From Myxococcales bacterium (GTDB lineage: Bacteria; Myxococcota_A; UBA9042), in the NCBI GenBank assembly GCA_037441385.1, contig JBBISH010000041.1:1-45371 (forward strand): 45,371 nucleotides of DNA, written 5' to 3'. Shown piece by piece: positions 19,121 to 28,389 of this stretch (its first letter is position 1; every line of letters begins with the position of its first letter). A program made the translations under genes and the position numbers. The notes under the pieces are model-generated. The model saw only the letters and a program-made list of their open reading frames with translations. It was not told the origin of the DNA and ran no database searches.

Positions 19121-20284
19121 ATGCCAAGTGCTGTGCTTTTGGTCGACGACGACCAGGCCAACCTCGATGTCTTGCGTTCGTTCTTGGACGTGGATCTGCT
19201 TGTTTTTGAAGCCAATAGCGCCGACGACGCCCTGACCTACCTTGACCGCCACGAACTCGATGTCATCGTCACCGACCAGCGCATGCCGGGCATGACCGGC
19301 ATCGAGCTGCTGCGGGTGGCACGCGAGCGGCGACCGGATCTGGCGGGCATCGTGCTGACGGCCTATACCGACACGCCCGCGCTGATGGCCGCGATCAACG
19401 AGGCCGGCGCATTCCGTTTCCTGCGCAAGCCGTGGCAGCCCGCCGACGTGCTGCAAGCGGTGCGAGATGCTAGGGAATTCGTGGCACAGCGGCGGCTGAT
19501 CCACAAGCTGGTCGGCGAGTTGCAGCAGCGCAACGCGGAGCTGGCCGGCGCCATGGCCGAGCTGAATCAGGCTCAGGCGCGGCTGTTGGAAATGGAGCGC
19601 CTGGCCACGACGGGGCGCCTGGCGGCCGGCATTGCCCACGACCTGAGCAACGCCATCAATGGGCTGGTCCTGATCGAGCACGAGGCGAGAAATCGCTCGG
19701 TAGACGGGGACTTGCTCGAAGTCGTGGAGCTGGGCTTGGCGGGGGCGCGCAACCTGCTCAGTTCGCTAGAGACCTTGGGCACCTTTGCCCGGCAAAAGCG
19801 GCTGTCGATGGCCGTGGACCGGTTCGACATGGCGCAGGCGGCCCGCGACGCCCTGGGCGTGTTGCGGCTGGACCTGGCTTTCCGCCGACGTCAACAGGTT
19901 GTGGTCTTGCCCGAAACGGCGCTACCACCGGTGGTAGGCGATCGCCAAAAAGTCGTGCAGGCCGTGGTGAACCTGCTGCGCAACGCCGTGCACGCCACAG
20001 GCGAGGGGCAGCGCGTGCAGATCGAAGTCGCGATGGGCAGCGACGGCTGGGTCGAACTTGCGGTCGAGGACGATGGGCCGGGCCTGAGCCCCGAAGTGCG
20101 CGAAAATCTGTTCGATGCCTTTGTTTCGACCAAGGGCGACGGCGGCATGGGCCTGGGTCTGTACATGGCCAACCTCATCGCCAGCCACCACAGTGGCACG
20201 CTGACGTGCCCCACCCTGGCGAGCGGCGGTGCGCGCTTTGTGATGCGCCTGCCTACAGTGGCCGCGACCGCGACGGGGGCCTGA
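19121..20284 (+). CDS. hybrid response regulator-histidine kinase (REC-HisKA-HATPase), PhcR-like architecture
   Basis: VDDD, TDQRMPG, KPW receiver; AHDLSN H-box; NLLRNA, DDGPG, GMGLGL. Confidence 0.92.
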   Translation: MPSAVLLVDDDQANLDVLRSFLDVDLLVFEANSADDALTYLDRHELDVIVTDQRMPGMTGIELLRVARERRPDLAGIVLTAYTDTPALMAAINEAGAFRFLRKPWQPADVLQAVRDAREFVAQRRLIHKLVGELQQRNAELAGAMAELNQAQARLLEMERLATTGRLAAGIAHDLSNAINGLVLIEHEARNRSVDGDLLEVVELGLAGARNLLSSLETLGTFARQKRLSMAVDRFDMAQAARDALGVLRLDLAFRRRQQVVVLPETALPPVVGDRQKVVQAVVNLLRNAVHATGEGQRVQIEVAMGSDGWVELAVEDDGPGLSPEVRENLFDAFVSTKGDGGMGLGLYMANLIASHHSGTLTCPTLASGGARFVMRLPTVAATATGA

Positions 20285-20303
20285 ATTTCTTGTGAGGTCC
20301 CCG

Positions 20304-21839
20304 ATGAGCACGTCTGGAGTCAGCAGCGGCCGCAAGTACGAAGAGCTAGAGGGCGCCAGCGGTCGCGAGGTGTTCTTTCGTGCACCGCGCTACAGCTCGG
20401 ACGCCTTTGCCACCATCAGCGTCAGCGCCACCGCGTGGGACCATCACGGCAAGCCCCACGCCCTCAACCTGCGCGACGTGTCGACCAGTGGTCTGGCCGT
20501 AGAGGCGCCCAGCCTTGCCCAACTTCCCGTGGGCACGGTGCTGCCGCGCTTGCGTCTGGCGTTCGAGCGGATCGAAGTCTACGACGGTCCGGTGCAAGTC
20601 GCCTCGGCCCGCGAAGTCGACGGCCGGCGCGTGCTGGGTCTGTCGCTGCAAGAAGGACCGATCTCGCTGGACGACGTGCTGCAACTGCGCGACATCAAGA
20701 CCTGGACCGGCGCAACCCCGGGCAAGACCCTGGCCGACCGCCCCTGGAGCGTGCCGGGTCTGGCCGAGCTGAAGGCGCTGGTCGCCGAACAGCGGCTGCT
20801 CTTGGACGAGGCCGAGCGCCACTACGCGCGCATGGAGCGCGAGCTGCCGTGGCAAGTGGTGCACGGCGAAACCATGACCGCGGCCCGTACCCTGCTGATC
20901 GAGCGCGTGCGCGCGGAGTTTGTGGCGCCCTGGCTCGAGTCGATCTACGCCTGCGACGCGGCGCTGCGGACGGCGGGCCTGCTGGGCGACGACGCCTCTC
21001 CCGACACCGCCAACCGGATTCGTGAGTTTTCGCGCGAGCTTTTGCAGCGCCACTACCTGCTGGGTCCGATCATCCACCGCGCCGCCACCAAGCCGCTGGG
21101 CTACCCCGGCGACTACGGCGTGATGCGCTACGTGTACGAGCAGCCGTTTGAAGGGCCCACGCTGTTTGCCAAGGCGATGCACTTGGCCGGTTGGTCGATG
21201 GCGTGTACGGCGGCGGTGCGCAACCGCAAGAACGTGCTGCGCGATGCGATGGTGGTGCGGCTCGAGCAGGCGGTGGCGCAAGGGCGGCCCCTGCGGATTG
21301 TGTCGGTCGCGGCCGGGCCGGCGCAAGAGATCTTCGAGCTGTTGCGCGACCATACGCCCCCGTCGGCGCAGCTGAACATCGTGCTGTTCGAGCAGGACCG
21401 CGAGGCGCTGACCTTTGCCCAGGGCCGCATCCAGCGCGCCGCCGATCCGCGCACCCTGCCCGGTGTCAAGGTCACGTTTCTGCACGACTCGATCCGGCGC
21501 CTCCTCAAAGATCCCGAGCTATTTTCTCGCTTTGGGCCCTTTGACATGATCCTGTGCGCCGGCCTGAACGACTACTTGCCGGCCCACACCTCGGTGCGGC
21601 TGGCCGCCCAGCTCTACGCCAACTTGGCCGAGGGCGGCGAGCTGTACATCGGCAATCTGGTTCCCGAAAATCCCTGTCGCTGGATCCTGGAGCACCACCT
21701 GGATTGGCAGATGGTGCACCGCGACCGGGCCACGCTGCTGGACTTGGCACTGCAGGCGGCGCCCGCATGCCGCGCCCGCATCGTCGAAGAAGTGGAACAG
21801 GTCAATCCCTTTGTGGTCTTGGAGCGCCTCGCCTCGTGA
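20304..21839 (+). CDS. PilZ-like domain fused to class I SAM methyltransferase, PhcB-like
   Basis: N-terminal FRAPRY..DVSTSG; C-terminal KPLGYPGDY, AVRNR, IVSVAAGPAQE, FDMILCAGLNDYL, GGELYIGN. Confidence 0.75.
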   Translation: MSTSGVSSGRKYEELEGASGREVFFRAPRYSSDAFATISVSATAWDHHGKPHALNLRDVSTSGLAVEAPSLAQLPVGTVLPRLRLAFERIEVYDGPVQVASAREVDGRRVLGLSLQEGPISLDDVLQLRDIKTWTGATPGKTLADRPWSVPGLAELKALVAEQRLLLDEAERHYARMERELPWQVVHGETMTAARTLLIERVRAEFVAPWLESIYACDAALRTAGLLGDDASPDTANRIREFSRELLQRHYLLGPIIHRAATKPLGYPGDYGVMRYVYEQPFEGPTLFAKAMHLAGWSMACTAAVRNRKNVLRDAMVVRLEQAVAQGRPLRIVSVAAGPAQEIFELLRDHTPPSAQLNIVLFEQDREALTFAQGRIQRAADPRTLPGVKVTFLHDSIRRLLKDPELFSRFGPFDMILCAGLNDYLPAHTSVRLAAQLYANLAEGGELYIGNLVPENPCRWILEHHLDWQMVHRDRATLLDLALQAAPACRARIVEEVEQVNPFVVLERLAS

Positions 21840-24502
21840 CCGAAGCCCAGCTCCCCACCCGCGAGCCCGCTGGCGCAACTGTGGCCGAGCGCTTCGATCA
21901 CCACGTAGCCGAGCGCAATCAGCGCAGCGCCCGCGCGGCCGTGTGGCTGACGGCAGGGCTGAACCTGGGCTTTGTGGTGCTGGACCGGCTGCTGACCGAC
22001 GATCCCAGCAAACTTGCGGTCTTGCTGGCCGATCGCAGCGCCATCTTCGTGGCGGTCGGGGCGTTGTTCGTGGCCGCGCGGCAGCCCTGGTTCGCTCGAC
22101 ATTCCGCAGTGGTCACCGGCCTTTACATGGCCAGTATCGACGTGGCACTGGCGGTCATGACCACTCAGCTGGGCGGCTACTCGTCGGGCTACTATGCGGG
22201 CATCAACTTGGTGACCTTGGCGGCGGGTTTGCTGTTCTTGTGGCCGACGCGGGTGGCGGCGGTGACCCACGCGGCGGCGGTGGCTGCGTATGGGCTGGCC
22301 AACTTGCCGGGCTGGGAGCCCGAGCAACTGCGCGACGCGGTCATGCACGGCTTCTTCCTGACGAGCACGGCCGTCATCGCCACGGTGGGCCAAGCGTTTT
22401 CGTGGAAGCAGGCGCGCCAGCAGCTAGAGACCCAGGCGGCGGTGGAGCAAACCAAAGAGCGGCTGGAAGCGGCCCACAGCGAGTTGCAGCGCCTGGACCA
22501 GTTCAAAAGCGCGTTCTTTGCCAACATCACCCACGAGCTCAAGACACCGCTGGCAATGGTGTTGTCGCCGCTGGAGCTGCTGTACCAGGGCGAGCTGGGT
22601 CCCTTGGGCGAGACGCAGAAGGCCACGATCCGCTCGATGTTGCGAAGCGGTTTCAAGCTGTTGGCCTTGATCGACGACTTGTTGGACCTGGCGCGCGCCG
22701 AGCAGGCCGGCATCCGCCTGCGCATCGCCGAACGCGACCTGAAGGAACACCTGGGCTCGCTGGTGCAACAGATCGAGGTGTTGGCGCGGCGCAAAGACGT
22801 GGAACTCACCGCGATTTGGCCCGAGGGGCCGTGCCTGATCTGGTGCGACCAGGACCGCCTGGAACGCGTGTGGATCAACCTGCTGTCGAACGCCCTGAAA
22901 TTCACTCCGCCGGGCGGCCACGTGTGGGTCGAACTGCGCGGCCAAGGCGACGGCGTGCAGGTGCAAGTGCGCGACGACGGCCCGGGGTTTCCGGCCGACT
23001 TGGCCCCCAAGCTGTTCGATCGCTTCTACCAGGTCGACATGGGCGGCACGCGCCGGTACGGTGGCGCCGGCATCGGCCTGGCCCTGGCGCGGCACATCGT
23101 CGAGCTGCATGGCGGCACCATCAGCGCGCGCGGCGACATCGACAAAGGCGCTGAATTTACGGTGTACTTGCCGGCCGATCGCGCCCACTTTGGCGATCGC
23201 GCAGTCGAGGAAGCGCCGCACAGCGAGACCGAACGCACGCCCAGCCAGGGCGACCTGACCCGCGTGGCCGTGGAACTGGGGGCCAAGGCGGACTACCGCT
23301 TGTTGTCGGTCGCGGAGGCCACCGAGCGGCGCGTGGTCGAGCGCGACGTGGACGAAAATCAGCGCCTGTGGACGGTGCTCATCGTCGAAGACACACCCGA
23401 CGTGATCCGCATCGTGCACCTGGCGTTGCGGCAACACTTCAAGGTGCTGGCGGCGCCCGATGGCCTCAAGGGCCTGGAGCTGGCGCTGCGCGAGCGGCCC
23501 AGCCTGATCATCACCGACCTGATGATGCCGGGTATCGACGGGTTTGAGCTGACGCGGCGGCTGCGGGCGCACGCGACCACCAAGCACGTGCCCATCATCA
23601 TGCTCACGGCCCGTGGCGCGGTGGACGACAAGGTGATGGGCCTGGAATCCGGCGTGAACGCCTACCTGACCAAACCGTTTTCGCCGCGCGAGCTGCTGTC
23701 GACGGCGCGCGCGCTGCTCGACGTGCAAGAGACGCAGGCCGAGCTGCTGCTGACCCGCCAGATGGACTCGCTGGAGACGCTGACCGGCGGTCTGGCGCAC
23801 GAGATCAACAACCCGCTCAACTACATCCGCAACGCCGTCGCGCGCCTGCAGATGGATGTGGACGAGGTGGTCAAGCTGAGCCAGCCCGGCAGCGAGGGCG
23901 ATCCGAGCAAGCTGACCGCCCTGGCGCAGCGGACCCGCAAGATGGCCGACACGGCCGAAGCCGGCGTCCGGCGCATCCAAGCCACCGTGGACCTGATGGG
24001 CCGCTACAGCCGCGAAGGGTACAGCCGGCTGGAGCGCGAGCACGACGTGTGGCAGGCGGTCGCCGACGTCATCGAGGTGGTGCGTCCGGCCGTGGGGCGG
24101 AGCGTGGAGGTGGTGACCGACCTGCAGGGCAGCGCCGTGCTTCGCTGCGTGCCCGAAGAGCTGCACCAAGCGCTGTCGAACCTCATCCAAAACGCCATCG
24201 AGGCGGCGCCGGACGGCACCGGTCGCGTCGAAGTCAGCGGCAGCGTGGACTTGCGGCAAATGACCCTGCGGATCTGCGACAACGGCCCAGGCATTCCCGA
24301 AGAGGACCGCCAGCGGATTTTCCAGCCGTTCTTCAGCACCAAGGGCCCGGGGCGCGGCATGGGCATGGGTCTGACCATCACCCGCCAAGTGGTGGCGGCG
24401 CTGGGCGGGCAGATCCGCGTGGATGCGGTAGCGACTGGTGGCACCTGCTTCGAGGTGCGGCTGCCGCTGCAGCGGGCGCGGATTTCGCAGCCGTTGGGAT
24501 AG
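21836..24502 (+). CDS. multi-TM sensor hybrid kinase (about 5-6 TM-HK-REC-HK), PhcS-like N-terminal half
   Basis: GTGA overlap with the upstream stop; hydrophobic N-terminus; THELKTPL H-box; REC (TDLMMPG, KPF); second H-box AHEINNPL with its own HATPase. Confidence 0.9.
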   Translation: MTEAQLPTREPAGATVAERFDHHVAERNQRSARAAVWLTAGLNLGFVVLDRLLTDDPSKLAVLLADRSAIFVAVGALFVAARQPWFARHSAVVTGLYMASIDVALAVMTTQLGGYSSGYYAGINLVTLAAGLLFLWPTRVAAVTHAAAVAAYGLANLPGWEPEQLRDAVMHGFFLTSTAVIATVGQAFSWKQARQQLETQAAVEQTKERLEAAHSELQRLDQFKSAFFANITHELKTPLAMVLSPLELLYQGELGPLGETQKATIRSMLRSGFKLLALIDDLLDLARAEQAGIRLRIAERDLKEHLGSLVQQIEVLARRKDVELTAIWPEGPCLIWCDQDRLERVWINLLSNALKFTPPGGHVWVELRGQGDGVQVQVRDDGPGFPADLAPKLFDRFYQVDMGGTRRYGGAGIGLALARHIVELHGGTISARGDIDKGAEFTVYLPADRAHFGDRAVEEAPHSETERTPSQGDLTRVAVELGAKADYRLLSVAEATERRVVERDVDENQRLWTVLIVEDTPDVIRIVHLALRQHFKVLAAPDGLKGLELALRERPSLIITDLMMPGIDGFELTRRLRAHATTKHVPIIMLTARGAVDDKVMGLESGVNAYLTKPFSPRELLSTARALLDVQETQAELLLTRQMDSLETLTGGLAHEINNPLNYIRNAVARLQMDVDEVVKLSQPGSEGDPSKLTALAQRTRKMADTAEAGVRRIQATVDLMGRYSREGYSRLEREHDVWQAVADVIEVVRPAVGRSVEVVTDLQGSAVLRCVPEELHQALSNLIQNAIEAAPDGTGRVEVSGSVDLRQMTLRICDNGPGIPEEDRQRIFQPFFSTKGPGRGMGMGLTITRQVVAALGGQIRVDAVATGGTCFEVRLPLQRARISQPLG

Positions 24503-24544
24503 GAAAGTCGGTGTGATTTTCGAGGGCTGGCTTGAGCGCGGCGC

Positions 24545-24589
24545 GAGACCTTGAGAATTCGGACTTGGAGTCCTGAATTTCAAGGTCTC
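24545..24589. terminator. long imperfect hairpin downstream of the kinase operon (possible terminator)
   Basis: GAGACCTTGAGAATTCGGAC-ttgga-GTCCTGAATTTCAAGGTCTC, followed by ATGATTTT. Confidence 0.45.
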
Positions 24590-24741
24590 ATGATTTTCTA
24601 CCTATTCGTGCATAGTTAGCGCATCGACTGCAGCACGAAACTTGGCTACATTCGCTGGTGCGCCGTACCGGCCCCGTGGCGGCAAAGAAATGCGCAGCGG
24701 GAGCGGATTTTGCGGGCGTGGTTGGATGGCAGGAACCACAC

Positions 24742-24780
24742 CCCACACTTTCAGCCCGCACGTTCAACCCACACTTTCAA
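24742..24780 (+). repeat. three tandem 13-bp direct repeats
   Basis: CCCACACTTTCAG CCCGCACGTTCAA CCCACACTTTCAA. Confidence 0.85.
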
Positions 24781-24789
24781 CCGCTGCCG

Positions 24790-24810
24790 AGATGCTGTAG
24801 CATCTGATGC
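24790..24810 (+). promoter_or_regulatory. putative TA operator palindrome overlapping a -10-like TAGCAT (likely leaderless mRNA)
   Basis: AGATGCT-gt-AGCATCT; TAGCAT ends 7 nt before the ATG; no SD sequence. Confidence 0.55.
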
Positions 24811-25059
24811 ATGCGCACCACACTCGACATCGACGAAGACATCCTGATGGCAGCCAAGGAGTTGGCGCGGCGAGCCGGCACCACAGCCGGCGCGGTACTC
24901 TCCGACCTGGCTCGCACGGCACTGCAGTCGCCCGAGCCCAAGCCGTCGGCCCAATCCCAGCCGTCCCACAGCAATGCCTTTGGCTTTGAACCCTTTGCGG
25001 GCAACGGTCGCGTGGTGACGACCGACCTGGTGCACCGCCTGCAGGACGAAGAAGGCTAG
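24811..25059 (+). CDS. vapB: VapB-type antitoxin (RHH)
   Basis: MRTTLDIDEDIL..AKELA N-terminus; directly upstream of a PIN gene. Confidence 0.9.
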   Translation: MRTTLDIDEDILMAAKELARRAGTTAGAVLSDLARTALQSPEPKPSAQSQPSHSNAFGFEPFAGNGRVVTTDLVHRLQDEEG

Positions 25060-25061
25060 CC

Positions 25062-25490
25062 ATGCGCGCACTGCTGGATGTCAACGTCCTGATTGCGCTG
25101 CTGGACTCGGCCCACGTCCGCCACCGCGATGCGCACGCTTGGCTCGCCGCCCACGGCACCGCAGGTTGGGCCTCGTGCGCGCTGACGCAGAACGGCTGTG
25201 TGCGCATCATGGGCTCGCCAGGCTACCCGGGGGCCCAGCCGGTGGCCGCCGTTGCGGCTCGGCTGCGCAAGGCGACCGCTCATCCCCTGCACGCGTTCTG
25301 GCCGTGCGATATCTCGCTGCTTGACCTGGAGCGAGTCAGCGAAGCGCATTTGCTAGGACCGCGCCAATTGACCGACACCTACTTGCTGGGGTTGGCCGTG
25401 CGCCACGGCGGCCGGTTGGTGACGCTGGACGCGCGCATCACCTTGGCGGCGGTGCGGGGGGCGCGGGCAGACCATCTTTGCGTGATTTAG
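25062..25490 (+). CDS. vapC: VapC PIN-domain toxin
   Basis: LLDVNVLIAL, TDTYLLGLA, LVTLD PIN acidic residues. Confidence 0.92.
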   Translation: MRALLDVNVLIALLDSAHVRHRDAHAWLAAHGTAGWASCALTQNGCVRIMGSPGYPGAQPVAAVAARLRKATAHPLHAFWPCDISLLDLERVSEAHLLGPRQLTDTYLLGLAVRHGGRLVTLDARITLAAVRGARADHLCVI

Positions 25491-26533
25491 TGGGAATAGG
25501 AGGAATTCGCCCGGGCGCCGGTGGGTTCCGTTCGGCAGTTGCGGACCTGGTGAAAGTCTTCGACGTACGTGAGCATGATCCGACAGCGAGTGTCTGGCCA
25601 ACAGCAGGGCCTGCAGGTTGCGTGGTGCGGCACGTCGGGGTCGGCCCCGTGGCCAAGAAGGCTTCCAGAAGCTTGATACCGCGTGCTCCGGTCAGCGACC
25701 ACCTCCTCGTCTACGGCCCACAGCACCGCCCAGACATCGCGCCACGGGGTGTCGCCTTCGGCAGAAATTCGGGCAAATACGCGTGGTGTCAAGGTCTTTA
25801 GCCAGCGAACTTCGGAAAGCACCGCGGCAACATCAACCCGCGGCAGTTCGTCGGCCAGCGGGCTGGGCAGATTGGACGGGGCAACGGGCGGCACAGTCCA
25901 CCAGCGCCGCCCCACGGTCGCCATCTCCAAGCTACCGTCGCGGTTCACGATGATGTGCAGCGGTAGGCCAGCTTCCTCCACATCGCCTCGCCGCGACGGC
26001 GATAGCTCTCGCCGTGCAACCTGGACAAGAACGGCCACGATCGGGTGGCGAAATTCGGGGCGATTCCAGTCGGCTGTCGAACCTGTGCATGCCACGGCGA
26101 GCTCCGCAGGTACTTCCGGCTCTTGGCCATCGCCGTAGTGCCAAAGGGGTCCCTGTACATGCCAACGATCGGGCAAGTCTTCGTGCCACGGGATGAACGG
26201 CACCTCGGGCGGTCCCATTTCTCCCCGGGCCTCATGGGTCCACGGCCAATCCACACTGGGCACCACCCGCCCGGCAACATCATCCCGCGGCGGCTCGCTC
26301 AACCACGGACTGGTCAGCCACGACCGGCACTGCAGCTCGGTCAAGGCCGCTGGACCGCCGTCGCCTTTCGACGCTACGCACCGCCGCAACCGCAGCTCAT
26401 CCGCAAAAGTCCGTGGCCCCGTCAGTTCCTTCAAACACTGGCAACCCGCGCGGTCAAAGCGCTCGACCCGGCAGGCGCTCGCCGCGAGCAGGGCCACAAG
26501 GACTACGAGGAGCAATGCGCGGTCTGTGAGCAT
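25487..26533 (-). CDS. hypothetical lipoprotein, possible ExbD/TolR-like C-terminal domain
   Basis: Lipobox ASAC; LHIIVNRDG and ISAEGDTPWRDVWAVL resemble the ExbD periplasmic domain. Confidence 0.55.
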   Translation of the reverse strand: MLTDRALLLVVLVALLAASACRVERFDRAGCQCLKELTGPRTFADELRLRRCVASKGDGGPAALTELQCRSWLTSPWLSEPPRDDVAGRVVPSVDWPWTHEARGEMGPPEVPFIPWHEDLPDRWHVQGPLWHYGDGQEPEVPAELAVACTGSTADWNRPEFRHPIVAVLVQVARRELSPSRRGDVEEAGLPLHIIVNRDGSLEMATVGRRWWTVPPVAPSNLPSPLADELPRVDVAAVLSEVRWLKTLTPRVFARISAEGDTPWRDVWAVLWAVDEEVVADRSTRYQASGSLLGHGADPDVPHHATCRPCCWPDTRCRIMLTYVEDFHQVRNCRTEPTGARANSSYSH

Positions 26534-26849
26534 GCAAGTGGCCAACCGAGCGGTGGAATCTGCGGTCAGCGTACGCGCATGGCGCTTCCTGGGCAAGCGG
26601 CGCGCCCCGCGTCAGGGATGGGCGTGCGCAGCACGGTGGCGCGGTGGAGCGCCGCCGCCGGCGGGAGCACAAAACTCAGTAATTTCTCCGGCTTTTTGTT
26701 CGACCCGCCGGCCCCAGCCCGACGGTCTGGCGCAGACACTGTGGAATTTTACACAGTTGACCACTTCGCCAGACCGGGACGCCCAAATGCCGCTCTACAC
26801 TTGGGAAAGGTCCCGATCCGCCAGCAATCTACCGCTTCCTGCCAAGGAC

Positions 26850-28217
26850 TTACCGCCGACTCAAGTAATCAATCAAATCAATCTTGGTGATGATCCCTAC
26901 GCAGCGGCCGCCGGTGACCACTACCGCCACGTTGTCGGCGCTGAGGATGGCGCGCAGCTGCTCGATGCTGGCGTCGGGGTCGATGATGCCCTGCAGCGGC
27001 TTGACCAGGCCTTCCAGCTTCTCGCCGCGCTGGACGTGGCCGTCGACCACCGCCGTGAGCAGGTCGATCTCGTGAACCATGCCGATCGGCTCGCCCGAGG
27101 CCGCCAACACCGGCATTTGGCTGATGCCCTCGCGCTTCATGCGCAGGATCGAGTCGCCCACCGACTCGTCGGCCGTGCAGGTGTGCAGAATGTGCGACTT
27201 GCCGCGCAGCAGATCGCGCACGCTGGCCTCGCGGGCCTCGGGCTCGAAGAAGCCGTTGTCGCGCATCCACGAATCGTTGAAGAACTTGCTGAGATAGATA
27301 GCGCCCGAGTCCGGCAGGATCACTACGATGGTGTGGTTGCGGCCCAGCTCGCGCGCCAAGGTCGCGGCCACGTGCACCGCGCCGCCCGAAGAACCGCCTG
27401 CGAAAATGCCCTCTTCGCGCGTCAGCCGGCGGGCCATCTGGAAGCACTCGCGGTCGCTGACCTGCATGACGTCGTCGATCCACTGGAATTCCAGGGCGCC
27501 GCAGACCATGTCCTCGCCGATGCCCTCGACCTTGTAGGTGTGGGGCTCGCCGTGGGTCTTGGTGTGGAACATGTCGTAGTAGATCGAGCCCTCGGGGTCC
27601 ACGCCCACGGTCCGGATGCGATTGCTCTGCTCTTTGATGTACTTGGCGGTGCCGCTCATGGTGCCGCCGGTGCCCAGGCCGCCGACCAGGTAGGTGAAGT
27701 TGCCGCCGGTCTGCTCCCAGATCTCGGGGCCGGTCGAGCGGTAGTGGGCTTCGATGTTCAGCTTGTTGTGGTACTGGTTGAGCATGAACGAGCCGGGGGT
27801 CTCGCGGTGGATGCGCTTGGCGGTCTCGTAGTAGCTGTTGGGGTCGTCGGCGGGCACGGCGGTGGGGGTGACCACGACTTCGGCACCAAAGGCCTTGAGA
27901 CGGTTGACCTTCTCTTGGCTCATCTTGTCGGGCATGGTGAAGATGCAGCGGTAGCCCTTGACCGCAGCGGCCATGGCGACGCCCACGCCGGTGTTGCCCG
28001 AGGTGTTCTCGACGATGGTGCCGCCGGGCTTCAAAATCCCTTGCCGCTCCGCGTCTTCGATGATGTGCAGGGCCATGCGGTCCTTGATGGAGCTGCCCGG
28101 GTTCATGTACTCGAGCTTGACCAAGACGCGCGCGTCGTGGCGGCCGACCACTCGGTTGAGCTGGACCAGCGGCGTGTCGCCAATGGCATGAAGGATGTTG
28201 TTGAAAATACCGCGCAT
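26850..28217 (-). CDS. cbs: cystathionine beta-synthase (PLP domain + CBS pair)
   Basis: IGDTPLV, NPGSSIKDR (PLP Lys), TSGNTG, GTGGT, VEGIG; C-terminal CBS domains; AGGAG RBS. Confidence 0.9.
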   Translation of the reverse strand: MRGIFNNILHAIGDTPLVQLNRVVGRHDARVLVKLEYMNPGSSIKDRMALHIIEDAERQGILKPGGTIVENTSGNTGVGVAMAAAVKGYRCIFTMPDKMSQEKVNRLKAFGAEVVVTPTAVPADDPNSYYETAKRIHRETPGSFMLNQYHNKLNIEAHYRSTGPEIWEQTGGNFTYLVGGLGTGGTMSGTAKYIKEQSNRIRTVGVDPEGSIYYDMFHTKTHGEPHTYKVEGIGEDMVCGALEFQWIDDVMQVSDRECFQMARRLTREEGIFAGGSSGGAVHVAATLARELGRNHTIVVILPDSGAIYLSKFFNDSWMRDNGFFEPEAREASVRDLLRGKSHILHTCTADESVGDSILRMKREGISQMPVLAASGEPIGMVHEIDLLTAVVDGHVQRGEKLEGLVKPLQGIIDPDASIEQLRAILSADNVAVVVTGGRCVGIITKIDLIDYLSRR

Positions 28218-28389
28218 CTTGATCTCCTGGGTGGTCGCAGCCCGTCTGTGGCCGGGCACAAAAGGCGCGAGATGATGCCCCGACCGCTGCCGCAATGCAA
28301 CGTCCCAGCCCGGGCACGCGTCACGGCGTCGTCAGCAAAGCACTTAGATTTCGGGCAGTAGAAGATGGGGCCCGTTCATGACCGGGGGG

